From Octopus sinensis (lineage: Eukaryota), in contig NC_043021.1 of assembly GCF_006345805.1 (NCBI RefSeq), positions 23,374,001 to 23,438,000 of the forward strand: DNA of 64,000 bases, read 5' to 3'. Made by a program: the position numbers and the translations under genes. This document shows positions 1 through 12,654 of this stretch, piece after piece. Positions within the stretch are counted from its first letter, which is position 1. Every line of letters starts with the position of its first letter. The notes beneath the pieces are model-generated. The model worked only from the letters and a program-made list of their open reading frames with translations. It was not told the DNA's origin and did no database searches.

Positions 1-740
1 AAAAAGAAGGAGGAAAAAAAGAAGAAGAGGAAGAAAAAGAAGATTTGAATAAAAAGCAGAACAAGAAAAATAGGAAGAAGTAGAAAAACAAGAGGAAAAA
101 GGAATAGAAGAAGAAGGAAGAGGAAAAAGGAGGAGGAGGGGGATGAAGTGGAAGAAGTAGGAGTAGAAGAAAAACAAGAAGAGGAGGAGGAGGGGGAAGA
201 AGAAAAAGAAGAAGAAAAGAAAAAGAAGAAGTAGAAGCAGAAAAAATGAATAAGAAGGAGGACGAGGAAAAGAGGTAGAAGACGTAGGAAGAGAATAAGA
301 ATAAGAAGTAGAAGAAGAAGAAGAAGAAGAAGAAGAAGAAGAAGAAGAAGAAGAAAAGGAGCAGCAGGAGGAGAGGCCGAAGAATAAGAACATAAAGAAG
401 AAGAAGAAGGAAGATGAGGAGCTGGAGTGGAAGAAGAAGAATTGCAAGAAGAAAAAGAAGAAGAAGAAGACGTAGAAGAAGAAGTGGAAGAAGAAGAAGG
501 AGAAGAAGAAGAAGAAGAAGAAGAAGAAGAAGAAAAAAAAGAAAAAAGAAGTAGAAGAGAGAAGAAGAAGAAAAAGAAAATGAATGAGGACGAGGATGAG
601 AAGAAGAAGGAGAAGAAAAAGGAACAGAGGGGGAGAATTACAAGAAGAAAAAGGAGGAGGAGGGGCGGAGAGGAGGTGGAAGAGAATTAAAAGAAGAAAA
701 TGAAGAAGGAGAAGAGGAAGGAGAAGAAGAAGAAGAAGAA
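1..740 (+). repeat. Degenerate (GAA/GGA)n polypurine tract
   Basis: Almost purely purine GAA-rich sequence; its poly-E/K ORFs are artefacts. Confidence 0.95.
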
Positions 741-1673
741 GGCACATTGAAAATCATGGTGTTGAAGACGCAACTGAAAATGTTCTTAAAATATCAGGAA
801 ATAATTCAAGGATAGATCGATAAATTTTGGGCGAGAAGACATGGCTGAAAAATCAGGGAATATACGGAATCAGAAATCAACATATTCAAATGCACTCATA
901 CACATTCTTATATTCATAGTATCAACGACGGAATGCGCTATGCACACTCACATCACACATATTCCCACTCACCCTTGTGGACATATGGTGAGAGAGATTA
1001 TTTATTTCATATCGCTTCATTGTCACAAGAATATTAGAAAACACACGCTTACAAGAAATATATCAGCATTTTAATTGTATCAGGCCAAATATTCCAGCTT
1101 ACAAGTACAGTAAGTATTTCAGGTTTACAGATAGAATGTATGTGACTATATTATTCGATTATATATTTTCCGCTTCCACTTCAGTTGCTCTATTACATAA
1201 ATAACGTGAAGTGAATGACAAAATTCGAAGTTGAATGATAATATCGAAACATATAGTCACATTTCACACAGAACTACACTTATATATGAACATACACATA
1301 TACTTCAGCTTAAAATATTTGATGCAAACACGTAAACTCACAAACGTTACCATTTCTAATACAAATTCATATCAAAATCATTGAAATTGGGGAACAAAAA
1401 TGAGTTATTTAGATGCGAATTGAAACAAAGCAACTACAATAAAGGAACATTATATTTTTCCTATTATTTCATTTTCTCTCTCAAATTCTCTCCCTTTATT
1501 TCACAGTGTCTCGCTCTCTCATATCCTCTTTGTATCTTCCTAAATCTTGTTCATTCTACAAATTCGAATTGATTTTGTTTGGTGCAGTCAGAAATTTTAT
1601 ACATTTGTGAGCTTATATATCAGCATCAATTATTACTTTCGGAAAATAGTATCAAGAAACTGAACGAACTTAC

Positions 1674-1745
1674 AATTCTTTTAAATTTGAAAGCCCCGTG
1701 AATGCACCTTCTTTGATGGTTTCAATGTTGTTGGCACCAAGAACT
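1674..1745 (-). CDS. 72-bp LRR exon (cassette A): (L)VLGANNIETIKEGAFTGLSNLKEL
   Basis: ctttctttactgcgacag|AGTTCTTGGTGCC...AAAGAATT|gtaagt; 72 bp, phase 2-2, in frame with cassette B. Confidence 0.9.
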
Positions 1746-1824
1746 CTGTCGCAGTAAAGAAAGAGTAAAATAGATTATATGGAAAATATTTGTGATACGA
1801 CATCAAACACTGTGACTTCAGAAT

Positions 1825-2594
1825 GAAAGGAAGAAAAAGAAGAAAGATTACGAAGAAGAAGAAGAAGAAGAAGAACTAGAAAGGAGAAGGAGAAGGAGAA
1901 GAAGAAGAAGAATTAGAAGAAGAAGAAGAGGAAGGAGAATTGACGAGGAGGTGGATAGGCGGGGATGTTAGGAGGAGGACAAAGGAAGGGATGACTGAGG
2001 GGAGGGAGCTGGGTGTAGCAGCAGAAAGAGCAGGAAGAGCAGGAAGAATTGGCAGAGAATGGAAAAGAGGGAGACAAGTGAGGAAGCAGAAAGTACAGAG
2101 AAGAAAAAAAGAAGAAAAAGAAGAAGAAGAAGAAGAAGAAGAAGAAGAAGCAGAAGAAGAAGATAGAGAGAAGAAGAAGAAGAAGAAGAAGAGGAAGTAG
2201 AAGTAGAAGACAAAGAAAAGGAAGAAGAAGAAGAAGAAGAAGAGAAGAAGGAGAAAAATAAGAGGAAGAAGAAGAAGAAGACGACGAAGGAGTAGAGGAA
2301 CATGAAGAAGATGAAGTAGGAAAGAAGAAGAAGACGAAGAAAGAAGAAGAGAAGAAGAAGAAGAAGGAGAAGAAGAAGACCAAGAAGAAGAAGAAGGAGA
2401 AGGAGAAGAAGAAGAAGAAGAAGAAGGAGGAGGAGGAGGAGGAGAAGAAGAAGAAGAAGAAGAAGAAGAAGGTGAAGAAGAAGAAGAAGAAGAAGAAGAA
2501 AAAGAAGAAGAAGAAGAAGAAGAAGAAGAAAGAAGAAGAAGAAGAAGAAGAAGAAGAAGAAGAAGAAGAAGAAGAAGAAGAAGAAGAAGAAGAA
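1825..2594 (+). repeat. (GAA)n polypurine tract between the LRR units
   Basis: Pure and degenerate GAA runs. Confidence 0.95.
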
Positions 2595-3566
2595 GATACA
2601 TTAAAAATCATGGTCTTCAAGACGACCCTTAAAATGTTTTCGAAATATCAGGAAATAATTCAAGGATAGATCGATAAATTTTGGGCGAGAAGACATGGCT
2701 GAAAAATCATGGAATATACGGAACCAGAAATCAACATATTCAAACGCACTCATTCGCATTCTTATATTCATAGTATCAACGACGGAATGCGGTATGCACA
2801 CTCACATCACACATATTCCCACTCACCCTTGTGGACATATGGTGAGAGAGATTATTTATTTCATATCGCTTCATTGTCACAAGAATATTAGAAAACACAC
2901 GCTTACAAGAAATATATCAGCAGTTTAATTGTATCAGGCCAAATATTCCAGCTTACAAGTACAGTAAGTATTTCAGGTTTAAAGATAGAATGTATGTGAC
3001 TATATTATTCGATTATATATTTTCCGCTTCCACTTCAGTTGCTCTATTACATAAATAACGTGAAGTGAATGATAAAATTCGAAATTGTGTGATAATATCG
3101 AAACACGAAGGAGAATATTGAAATAAGAAATGGAGGAAGATGCAAAATATAAAATAAAGGAATAATATAGTCACATTTCACACAGAACTACACTTATATA
3201 TGAACATACACATATACTTCAGCTAAAAATATCTGATGCAAACATGTAAACTCACAAACGTTACCATTTCTAATACAAATTCATATCAAAATCATTGAAA
3301 TTTGGGGAACAAAACTGAGTTATTGAGATGCGAATTGAAACAAAGCAACTACAATAAAGGAACATTATATTTTTCCTATTATTTCACTTTCTCTCACATT
3401 GTCTCCATCTCACCTATTCTCTTTTTATCTCCCTAAATCTTGTTCATTCTACAAATTCGAATTGATTTTGTTTGGTGCAGTCAGAAATTTTATACATTTG
3501 TGAGCTTAAATATCAGCATCAATTATTACTTTCGGAAAATAGTATCAAGAAACTGAACGAACTTAC

Positions 3567-3638
3567 AATTCTTTTAAATTTGAAAGCCCCGTGAATGCAC
3601 CTTCTTTGATGGTTTCAATGTTGTTCCATTGCAGATAT
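3567..3638 (-). CDS. 72-bp LRR exon (cassette B): (L)YLQWNNIETIKEGAFTGLSNLKEL
   Basis: ctttctttactgctatag|ATATCTGCAATGG...AAAGAATT|gtaagt; exactly 24 codons, phase 2-2, typical LRR consensus; joins in frame to the exon at 7211-7401. Confidence 0.9.
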
Positions 3639-3717
3639 CTATAGCAGTAAAGAAAGAGTAAAATAGATTATATGGAAAATATTTGTGATACGATATCAAA
3701 CACTTTGACTTCAGAAT

Positions 3718-3948
3718 GAAAGGAAGAAAAAGAAGAAGAAAGATAACGAAGAAGAAGAAGAAGAAGAAGAAGAAGAAGAAGAAGAAGAAGAAGAAGAAGA
3801 AGAAGAAGAAGAAGACAAAGGAGAAGAAGAAGAAGAAGACGGAGAAGAAGAAGAAGAAGAAGACGGAGAAGAAGACGGAGAAGAAGAAGAAGAAGACGAA
3901 GAAGAAGAAGAAGAACAAGAGGAAGAAGCAGAAGATGCAGGAGGAGAA
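3718..3948 (+). repeat. (GAA)n tract at the right boundary of LRR unit B
   Basis: GAA runs with GAC interruptions. Confidence 0.95.
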
Positions 3949-4144
3949 GAATATCTTAATGTGGCAGCAGTTTCATGTTTATTTCTTACTTGACTTGCAC
4001 AACCTCGAGTATCCGCTTCGCCTCTCTATGTACCAACACACACATCCACACACATACACGCACATATACGCACATACACACATATATGCTCAGAAATATA
4101 CACACATATGTATATCTACCTCTGGGTGCGAGTATGTGTGCGAA

Positions 4145-4890
4145 CCTCGTCCCGGTAGTGGTGTTCTTTTTACCTGTCGATATAGTTTATTATCGAATCT
4201 AAAGGTGTTGTCTTCTAGTTCCCGGCGTGTGTCTTTGGAAATGTGTTTTGAAGCGTTCGTCCATCCGTCCGCTATGTTTTTCTACCCAGTGTTTGATTGC
4301 TTCCAGGCCCAAAGTGTGATGTATTTGTACAAAGATTAGTCAAATCTTTTAAGTATAGTACGTTCTGGGACAGTGGGTGGAATGTGTTTGATGAAATCCA
4401 TATCGTCTCGGGTATAGCTGGGCATTAATGGGCACAACGGTTTGAGGAGTATATCCAAAAGATGGCTCAGTTGTTGTGTTGGGGCTCAAGGTCCAGCAAC
4501 TGTTGGTCTCAATTTGATGTCAGTAAGTCTTAGTATTTTTATATGCTGATCCTTGCATTTTGGAGCATTCGCAGATCTTGGGTGATCCATAGAAATTACT
4601 CTCTTTCATTACAGAGCTGCATAAATAATCTTTCTCTTTATCTGTGAACGAACGTTGGTACTCATTTATCAGACTTTTGAGTGTATTCACTATTACTTTC
4701 TCCGCGTGTCTTGGTTCTTCCTTGTAGCAGGATTAGTCTGTTTCCAATATTTTATCTTTATAGTAGTTTTGGTCCGTGACTGCTTTCACCCTTCCCTAAT
4801 CGGTTTCTTTTAGGATGATTGAATTGTCATTCTTCAGTTTGTAAGCTTCCTTTTCTTCTTCACGAAGGTTCTGTTTGCATTTACGGATAT
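4145..4890 (-). mobile_element. Degenerate Penelope-like element reverse transcriptase fragment
   Basis: Minus-strand peptides SNFYGSPKI, DIKLRPTVAGP, LSHLLDILLKPLCPLMPSYTRDDMDFIKHIP, HHTLGLEAIKHWVEKH, EDNTFRFDNKLYRQVK match PLE RT motifs; stops and frameshifts present. Confidence 0.8.
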
Positions 4891-6609
4891 TTTATTATAT
4901 AAGATATAAAACAGATTTAAGTCACCGCGTAAAGTATGAATGAAAAACACACAAAATATGAGAAAAGAATGGATGTTCAAAATATTTGTGATTTGAATTA
5001 GATTTACAAAGCCTTCGTTGCAACATCAGTTTTCAGTGGAAGATATTTTTATCATCTCAGAAGTCAGCTTTATTTATAAATATCTTGTTTCTGTCCAATG
5101 AGCATTCTATTTGTTATTACACTTTGCTGTCAAAAGTAATTTATCTTTGCAAAAGTAAACTCCTTTCCTTTGCATAATTGATGCATAAAAGTTCTTCACA
5201 AAAATAAACCCCCAAAACTTCAAGACTGAAATAATAGACTAGAAAGGAAAACATAACAGAAATAGAAAGGGATTTATTAATAGAACTGGTGAAGGTAGAG
5301 TGGGGAAACCCTGATATAATTTTGAGTCATGTGCTACAAAGGAGAACAACCTTACATGGTGATTTAACTGGCTTAGGGTGTTATTTAAAAAAGGGATGTA
5401 ATTACATACATTGCCTTAGTTTTTTCGTCTTTTTTTAGTCCTTTGCTTCTTTTTCTTGTATTAAACCTCAGTTTGTTCCCATTATTAACTACCTATGCTA
5501 AATCCTTCATCCCCTAAGTAGCATCCCTCTTCATTATTCCTGTAAAGGTTGACCTGCAACAGCTCAAACGGAATATTAATGATATCTGCCTCACAAGTAT
5601 TGGAGATCTTGCAGGAGTTATAAAACGTGTCTGATCCTTTTTTCAAAATCGGTAAAATAAAAAGTGTGTGATTTTAACTCAGATCACAAACAACTGCACA
5701 ATATACTGCAAGGTGTCTTATTCGAGGTCCTCATAGTTGCATTTGTTCATTGAACTGTTATAAGTTTTTATTGATCTCGGAAATGAATGACGCAAGGTTG
5801 ACCTTAGCGGAACTTGAAGTCAGATTGCCGTGTGTCAGAACGCAATGTATTCTGCTAGACAGTCAAATGATCTGTGCCAAACCTCGCTCAAGTTATGAAC
5901 GATGAAAATATCTAACTTATTAAACAGAACTTCAACTTTACTATTCAACATCTTGAGTTATACGAGATTTAGGAATTCCATTATTGAAACTTTTCTCTTT
6001 ATTTTACATTAGGATTTCTCATTTTGTCAAAACGTTCCAAATGTTTTGAGAAATAGATCTGATCGAATGAATTGATCCACTTTAGTATTAGAATATTTGA
6101 TTAAAACTGAAAGTTTAAGGTGATTAATGCAATGATGCAAGCCAATTAACTGGAAATAATCACCTGGAAGAGCAATGTGTTCCAACAGAGTATTTGTTAT
6201 GATTTATGTATCAAATAATTACTCTTTTTTATTCTATTCCATTTCTTGAGATGTTAAATTTTAATAATTTACTTAAAAATTACGTAAGTTTTCAGGTGAA
6301 CGGAGATACATCAATCAGCCGAAACTTCAATTAACCTTCCATAATTTTGTAATAAGGTTTATTGTGTTCATGATAGGGTAAATTTTACTGATGACATTCT
6401 ATCAAAAATAAATTCCTCATAATTTGTTAAAATAACACTATTTTGATTTCTTCACTTAGGTATTTTAAGAATTTGCATTTAAGCGGATCTCGTCATTATC
6501 TGTTGTTTAATCCATCTGTTTCATTTTTAATTATAAAAATAATAATTTCTTCCATAGGAACAAACCTGAAATTTTGGGAAAGGGACAAGTCCTTTACATT
6601 GATCTCAGA

Positions 6610-6755
6610 GATAAATTGCTATTTATTTTACCGACTCCAAAAGAATGAAAAACAAAGTCAACCTCGACAGAATTTAAAATCGAAACGTAAAGACGAACGA
6701 AATACCGCTCAACATTTTGTCTGGCGTGCACAACGATTCTGATAGCTCGCTGCAT
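6610..6755 (-). mobile_element. Degenerate tRNA-derived SINE (Meta-core-like)
   Basis: Reverse complement resembles the 31326-31560 SINE (gactttgcctttcatcctttcggggtcgataaa core). Confidence 0.55.
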
Positions 6756-7210
6756 ATTCTATTATAAAATTAACAAAAAAAATAATTAACAATTATTCTG
6801 TGACACGATCAACTGATATTATATCATATTACTGTAATAATAAGCAACAATTCAACTAATTAATGATATAATATAACTATGTGGAATACACGTTTTCTTA
6901 GCACTAAAGTTTTTATACTGTCCGTTCATTGAATATACCGTAAGATTTGATAAGTTCAGACAAATGAAATCAAAGTCAGATACTAGTCATATCCAATCTC
7001 TGTGTATGCGATGTTATATATTATAAATTCAATATGGTAAGAAACAGTTTATTTGACTTCACAGCAGGTAACATATCAATTTGTTTTACTCTAACATAAG
7101 ATTGTGCTTAAAGCTGTGAGATGAACAGCATAAGCGATTAGCTGAGAACATATCAATGAGAATTTAAAATATTGGATGTGGAAAATACGTAGAAAGTGTC
7201 AAATACTTAC

Positions 7211-7401
7211 AAATATTCAACATTCGTCGGAATTGGTTGTGGAATTGATAGTAAATTGCGACGTGCACAATTTATTCTCGTTGTAAGTGAATTGCAAGTA
7301 CATATCTTGCATATATCTGAATCAGCTTGAGTCTCCAAAAACAATATCGTACACAGTATCAACACAAGAGACCGTCTATATGATACTACGTGGTGAAACA
7401 T
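7211..7401 (-). CDS. First coding exon of a secreted or membrane leucine-rich-repeat protein (signal peptide + LRRNT)
   Basis: Reads MFHHVVSYRRSLVLILCTILFLETQADSDICKICTCNSLTTRINCARRNLLSIPQPIPTNVEYL: hydrophobic signal peptide, then C-x2-C-x-C-x8-C LRRNT cap. Ends TT|GTAAGT (phase-2 donor at 7209-7210). An acceptor (ttttcttcttttacag, AG at 7422-7423) lies 20 nt upstream of the ATG, implying an upstream 5'UTR exon. Confidence 0.9.
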
Positions 7402-7951
7402 ATTGCCAGGCGTAGATTTATCTGTAAAAGAAGAAAATAGGAAATGTCAGAGATTTCAATGTTATTAACTTCAAATTGCAGATTCTCCGAAGCAACTAAA
7501 ATTCACACCTGGTCCACATGACAAATATATTTTTGTTTTCGTGATTGGATATTTAAAGCTAAAAAATTAAATTTCGATAAATTAGTGTGAAGAAATTTAT
7601 AAAAATATTATAGCTTTAACGCGTAATAATATCAAAGAAAACACCAAACACACACACACAAACACAAACGCACTCCTACACACATCTGTAACCATCTTCG
7701 GGGGTGGGGTCTAATATATTTACAAAACTAGTGAACCATGAGTTTCGTAGACCCTAAATACGCAGTGGTTGTAAACCCGGTTGGGTCGTTAAATCCGATG
7801 GGACCCCACAAGCAACTGTATTGTAACGAAGGATTTTTCCTTACCCCAGTTTTAGAAGCGTTCATACAAATTTTTCCTCAAATACACTTTCATGATTTCA
7901 TTTTACTTAATCTTTTTTTTACTGAAAACAAGAATAACGCATGAACGTAAA

Positions 7952-8864
7952 TCTATATATATAAAACTCAACTTGTGTGTCTCTCTGTGTATCTGTGTGT
8001 GTACCTGCGTGTTTAACTTCCCGGCAAATCTCCTCCTAGCCAACAAATCGTAGAACCACCAAAAATGGGTCACTTAAAGTTTAGGCGAATGAAAATTGAA
8101 CTGCGCTATTTCTGTTCCGAAATTCATCTCGCAAGTGCAAAAATCGATAATGTGTTTGTTTAAGCCTTATCCCATGCATTGAATAGTGAACTTTACTCAG
8201 TCAGCTGTTTGACGTGAACTGTGTTCACCACGCATGCAAGCATGCGTAAATTGCATGAAAAATAAATAATCAAGATATAAAAACGATGACTACTGTATTG
8301 ATGGCTACTGTATTGAAAGTGTTCTGGGTAGGCTGTGTGCAGTGCCTAGTAGTGCATTTTTCTGTATGTTATATGTGTTTGTAAGTCCTGGTGTTTTTAC
8401 ACACATACATTGTAGAAATTCGTCTAAGAAATGAATTTTCGGGATGTAGCCTGGAGGGTTTTTTCGTATTAATCGTTTGGACTTTGTGAACTCATGCCAA
8501 TTGTTTTCATAACATTTTTAACGCTTTGAATTAAATATGACCATTTTGCGTTGAGTCTGCAGTTTGAATCACTAACCAAATTTTAGCAGGTCGGATTTTT
8601 GATCATCACAATATATCGCCAGCGACTCCCTGAAACTCTCCTCTGATATCCTCGTTGAGAAATACTGTTCTAAAAGAATAATTCAACAATGCAATTATTT
8701 GATCAACAAAAATTTATGAAACACTTATACGTACTTCCTATTGAGGAAATGGAACACATAAGTGCAAAAATAGAGGGCATTAAATGCTTGATTTTAAAAC
8801 CAAGTTTAGCTTAATTCGCGCGTGCATAGAACGCACGAGCGCACGAGCCGGGCAATACTGCTAG
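7952..8864 (+). mobile_element. Non-autonomous Helitron
   Basis: 5' TCTATATATATAAAA at 7952, 3' GC-rich subterminal hairpin-like sequence followed by CTAG (8861-8864); inserted between A and T with no TSD. Confidence 0.7.
8300..8400 (-). mobile_element. Dong/R4-type LINE 3' fragment (family B) inside the Helitron
   Basis: Minus strand encodes KTPGLTNTYNIQKNALLGTAHSL; matches 12810-13110 and 33790-33983. Confidence 0.65.
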
Positions 8865-9057
8865 TGAACAAATGGACCTACATCAAACAAAGCAAATTTA
8901 TTTGGGGACACAAATAGACACAAGAAAATAAAGAAAGTGGATAAGGAAACAACAACAACAAAAGAAACATTGACAGCAAAACAAATTAAAAAGCTCAGAA
9001 AATTACATATACACTAATATCTATTTATCTAACAATTTATACATCTCTCTCCCCTTA

Positions 9058-9156
<99 letters not shown>

Positions 9157-9439
9157 GAGAGAGAGAGAATAATAAGGTATTCAAAACGTTGGATGATTAT
9201 AATTTTTTATGCATTTAAGTTCTATTTACATTTTAGCGGTTGCTTCCATTATCGATAACTATATATCTGTACATCACTTCAAACTCTCTCTCTCTCTCTC
9301 TCTCTCTCTTTATATGTATGCATGTATGTACTATGTATGTATGTATGTATGTATGTATGTATGTATGTATGTATGTATGTATGTATGCATGTATGTATTA
9401 ATAGATCGCTAGCCACTTTTTTTCTTTTATTCTCTCCCT

Positions 9440-9590
9440 ATTTCTTTCCGTGTTTCTTTCTGTGGAAGAGCGTAGGCTCGAAACGTTAAAAACTTTTTCA
9501 CTTCCCGAGCGTTATACTAATACATCAGGTTGCCTTCTACACCACCTGACTTCGTCTTTTGTTTCTTTTTTTGTGAATTCTCCCTGTATG
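9440..9590 (+). mobile_element. Short Penelope-derived-type repeat with a hammerhead-like motif
   Basis: CTGTGGA-A-GAGC-GTAG-GCTC-GAAA-CGTT at 9460-9487; same family as 43325-43520 (opposite strand). Confidence 0.5.
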
Positions 9591-9634
<44 letters not shown>

Positions 9635-9765
9635 ATATATATCAGATATTTCTAATTTTGTTGTTTTTGCTTAACATTAAAATAGCCTTCCTTTACATTC
9701 AAGAACTTAACACAACTGACCAACTTGCCATCAACACCGTCACAACATCATCTCACTTTATATCA

Positions 9766-9802
<37 letters not shown>

Positions 9803-9930
9803 TACTACTACTACTACTTCAACTATTATTATTATGATCATTATAATTATTTTTATTTTATTATTATTATTATCATTATTATTTTTAATATCATCATCAC
9901 CATCATCATCATCATCATCATTAATATTAT

Positions 9931-10486
9931 TGAGTGAGAGAGCAGTGCATGCCATCAAAGTGACACTGGGGTAAAATATACGATACCCAGTATACACATC
10001 ATGACTACCTGTCTGATAAAGGTGCACCAGGCACATGCATCACAACCATATGTGCGCGACATGGTGATCTCATATCAAGATAAACAGCACATGACCTTGC
10101 AGGTGGAGCCCAGTTAGAATTTTCTTCTGGTCGAGTAACCCATCCCGCTCAAAAGGTCCCTGAATAAGGGTTGTTTAAGGATGTTGAACAAAACACCCTT
10201 GTTTCCAGAGGTGAATTATTCAAGCCCCAAAGAATTTCTCTCAACACATGTCTATGAAGCTCCCCTACTACTTCTGCTCGTGATCAGAGATGCACATATC
10301 GTCACTCACTAAGGGACATGCTCAACTGGTTAAGGTCAAACAACTGACAAGCAAATCTCTGGTATTGAGCAGAATATTTGCTGTAGCCCATCTTTTATAC
10401 CAAGACAAAACAATGTACATGATAACACTTCCAATCAGTTAAGATCAGAAGCCATGAGAGCCACTGCCTGGTACTGCATCAGGGCA

Positions 10487-10487
<1 letters not shown>
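9931..10487 (-). mobile_element. ~560-bp non-autonomous element embedded in (TAA)n
   Basis: Homologous copies at 33307-33508 and 34638-35157; all three end ctctctcactca followed by (ATA)n; no ORF. Confidence 0.75.
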
Positions 10488-10520
<33 letters not shown>

Positions 10521-10524
<4 letters not shown>

Positions 10525-12654
10525 TATGTTTGACTTTTGCTTTATATTTGTACAAGTTGGCTCCAAGTCTCACCCAGAGACCTCAAGAGACAACAGGGTT
10601 GGAAGTTCATGTTGTTGTTATGCCTAGTGTGCCATATATTTGGGGGGTGGGGATGTTGTACTAATGAATGTCTAAAAAAAAAAAAAGTTTTTTTTTTTTT
10701 TTTTTTTTTTTTAAACCGAAAATTATGGTTGTTTTTTAAACCTTGAGGTTACATAGAGAGTATTTTGCGTAGGATATGAGCAGTTCCCATGAGCACTATC
10801 TTTTTGACTTCTGCCATTTTTGGGTTCCCTGGTATCTGAGTTAGGTAGCTATCAGCCCCTTTTGCTATCATTCCCAGGGCACCTATGACAACAGGTATTG
10901 TTTTAGTCTTCAGCTTCCACATTTTGCTGATTTCTATTTCAAGATCTTTATATTTGCTCAGTTTTTGGTAGGTCCTGACAGATACGTTATATCGATTGGG
11001 ACAGTCATATCAATGAGGAGGCATGTTCTTTGTTTGAAGTCTTTCAATATGATGTCTGGCCTATTTGCATCTATCTTCCTGTCAGTTTGAATGGTGAAGT
11101 TCCAGAGGAGTGAGATGTGGTCATTTTCAAGCACTGGGGGTGGTTTGTGTTCCACCAGTTTTTTTCATGGGGCAAATCCAGTTTTTACAGATTACCCAGT
11201 GAATATATTGTGCAGCTCTATCGTGCCTGTTGAGATACTCTGTAGGCGCTAGAAGACTGCACTTGGAGACCACATGGTCAATGGTTTCATTTTGTTGCTT
11301 GCATACACGACACGTTGGACTGCTTCTGATCTTTAATATGTTGGCCTGGTAGTTTCTTGTTGGTAGGCATTGATCTTGAGCTGCTATGATAAACCCCTCT
11401 GTTTCAGATTTTAAGCCAGAGGCCATTAGCCATTGATGGGTCAGGGCTTTGTCGATATCTGCATTATTCGCTCTCTTTGGGTATTTGCCGTAGAGAGGTT
11501 TTTCTTGCCATTTATTATTCAGAATATCTAAGGCCGCAGTTTTGGCACGGGTTTTCATGCGCCTAGCTTTTTCTGTGCTTGTTTCTTGTATGTCTATCTC
11601 TAATTCCGAAATTGGTTGTATTCGGAATTCACTTAGATATTCCTTTGCCTGTTTTGTGACTGAGTATGATGTTTTCTTGTTTTCATGTTTTGAGACAAGT
11701 TTTAACATCCAGCCCTCAGAGTTTTTCAGGTAGGTGTCTAGGCCAATTGTAGCAATCTTCATTGTTATTGCCAGTTGCAAAAGACCACGGCCTCCCTCTT
11801 TTCTTGGCAGATAGAGTCGTTCTGTATCTGCCTTAGGGTGGTGCATTCTATGCATTGTCAACAGTTTCCTTATTTTTCTGTCGAGCTGACATATTTCAGT
11901 AATTGACCAGTTAACAATATTGAAACTGTAAGTCACGACTGGTATAGCTAATGCATTGATTGCTTCGATCCTGTTTCTTGCATTCAACTCTGTCTTGAGT
12001 ATTGCTCTCACTCTTCGATAGCATTCTCTCCTGATCCTTTCCTTCATCTCTGAATGCCTTATTCCGTTCCCTTCAATTACCCCTAGGTACTTGTAGCTCT
12101 CCGCTGGGTCTAGTTCTTTTATGACATTCTGTTGGTCAAGGTTAACGTTAGATGTTTCTGTCATTTTTCCTTTGATAAAGGTAGCCTTTGCACATTTATC
12201 GAGGCCGAATTGCATTCTGATGTCGTCACTGAATTGTTTGACTATCGCTAGTAAGCCCTTGAGTTGTTGATCATTTTTTGCAAAAAGCTTTAAATCATCC
12301 ATGTAAACGAGATGATTTATATTTTTATCAAACATTTTATACCCGTACTGCGCGTCATTGAGCAGCTTTGAGAGAGGTATTAAGGATAAACAAAAGAGGA
12401 GTGGTGACAGTGAGTCACCCTGGAAAATGCCACACGAAATTTTTACATCACCAGCATTTAGGGATTCACTGTCACTGTTCAGAGTTAGTGTGGTTCTCCA
12501 TGATCTCATACTTACAGTCAAGAAGTTTCGCAGAGTTGGTGCTATCTTATACATTTCAAGGCATTTCCTAATCCAGCTATGTGGTAGGCTATCAAAAGCC
12601 TTTTTATAGTCTATCCAGGCTATTGATAAGTTTTTGTGTCGTTTGTTTTGTGTC

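Larger units (their letters stand above)
741..3750. repeat. Tandem duplication of ~1.85-kb unit (about 1.1 kb unique + GAA tract), each carrying one LRR exon
   Basis: 741-1860 aligns by eye with 2595-3750 at high identity (e.g. gatagatcgataaattttgggcgagaagacatggctgaaaaatca at ~810 and ~2665); copy 2 has a ~60-bp insertion near 3106-3165. Confidence 0.95.

Noticed and set aside
1100-1190. Possible extra exon ending TT|GTAAGC on the minus strand
   Set aside because: In-frame stop upstream and no suitably placed acceptor; peptide is not LRR-like.
427-2669. Poly-E/K/S/L/F ORFs in the first 2.7 kb
   Set aside because: Translations of (GAA)n tracts; no splice or domain support.
2601-2801. KFIDLSLNYF, an LRR-like peptide in the duplicated unit
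   Set aside because: The same frame has a stop in unit A (TTT TAA), and there is no 72-bp exon with matching phase-2 splice sites.
6290-6330. atcagccgaaac resembling the 34044 hammerhead
   Set aside because: CUGAUGA core and stems are not recoverable; too degraded to call.
10440-10487. U2 snRNA-like resemblance (cctggtactgca) at the end of the 560-bp element
   Set aside because: Match is only about 12 nt, with no Sm site or branch-point recognition sequence.
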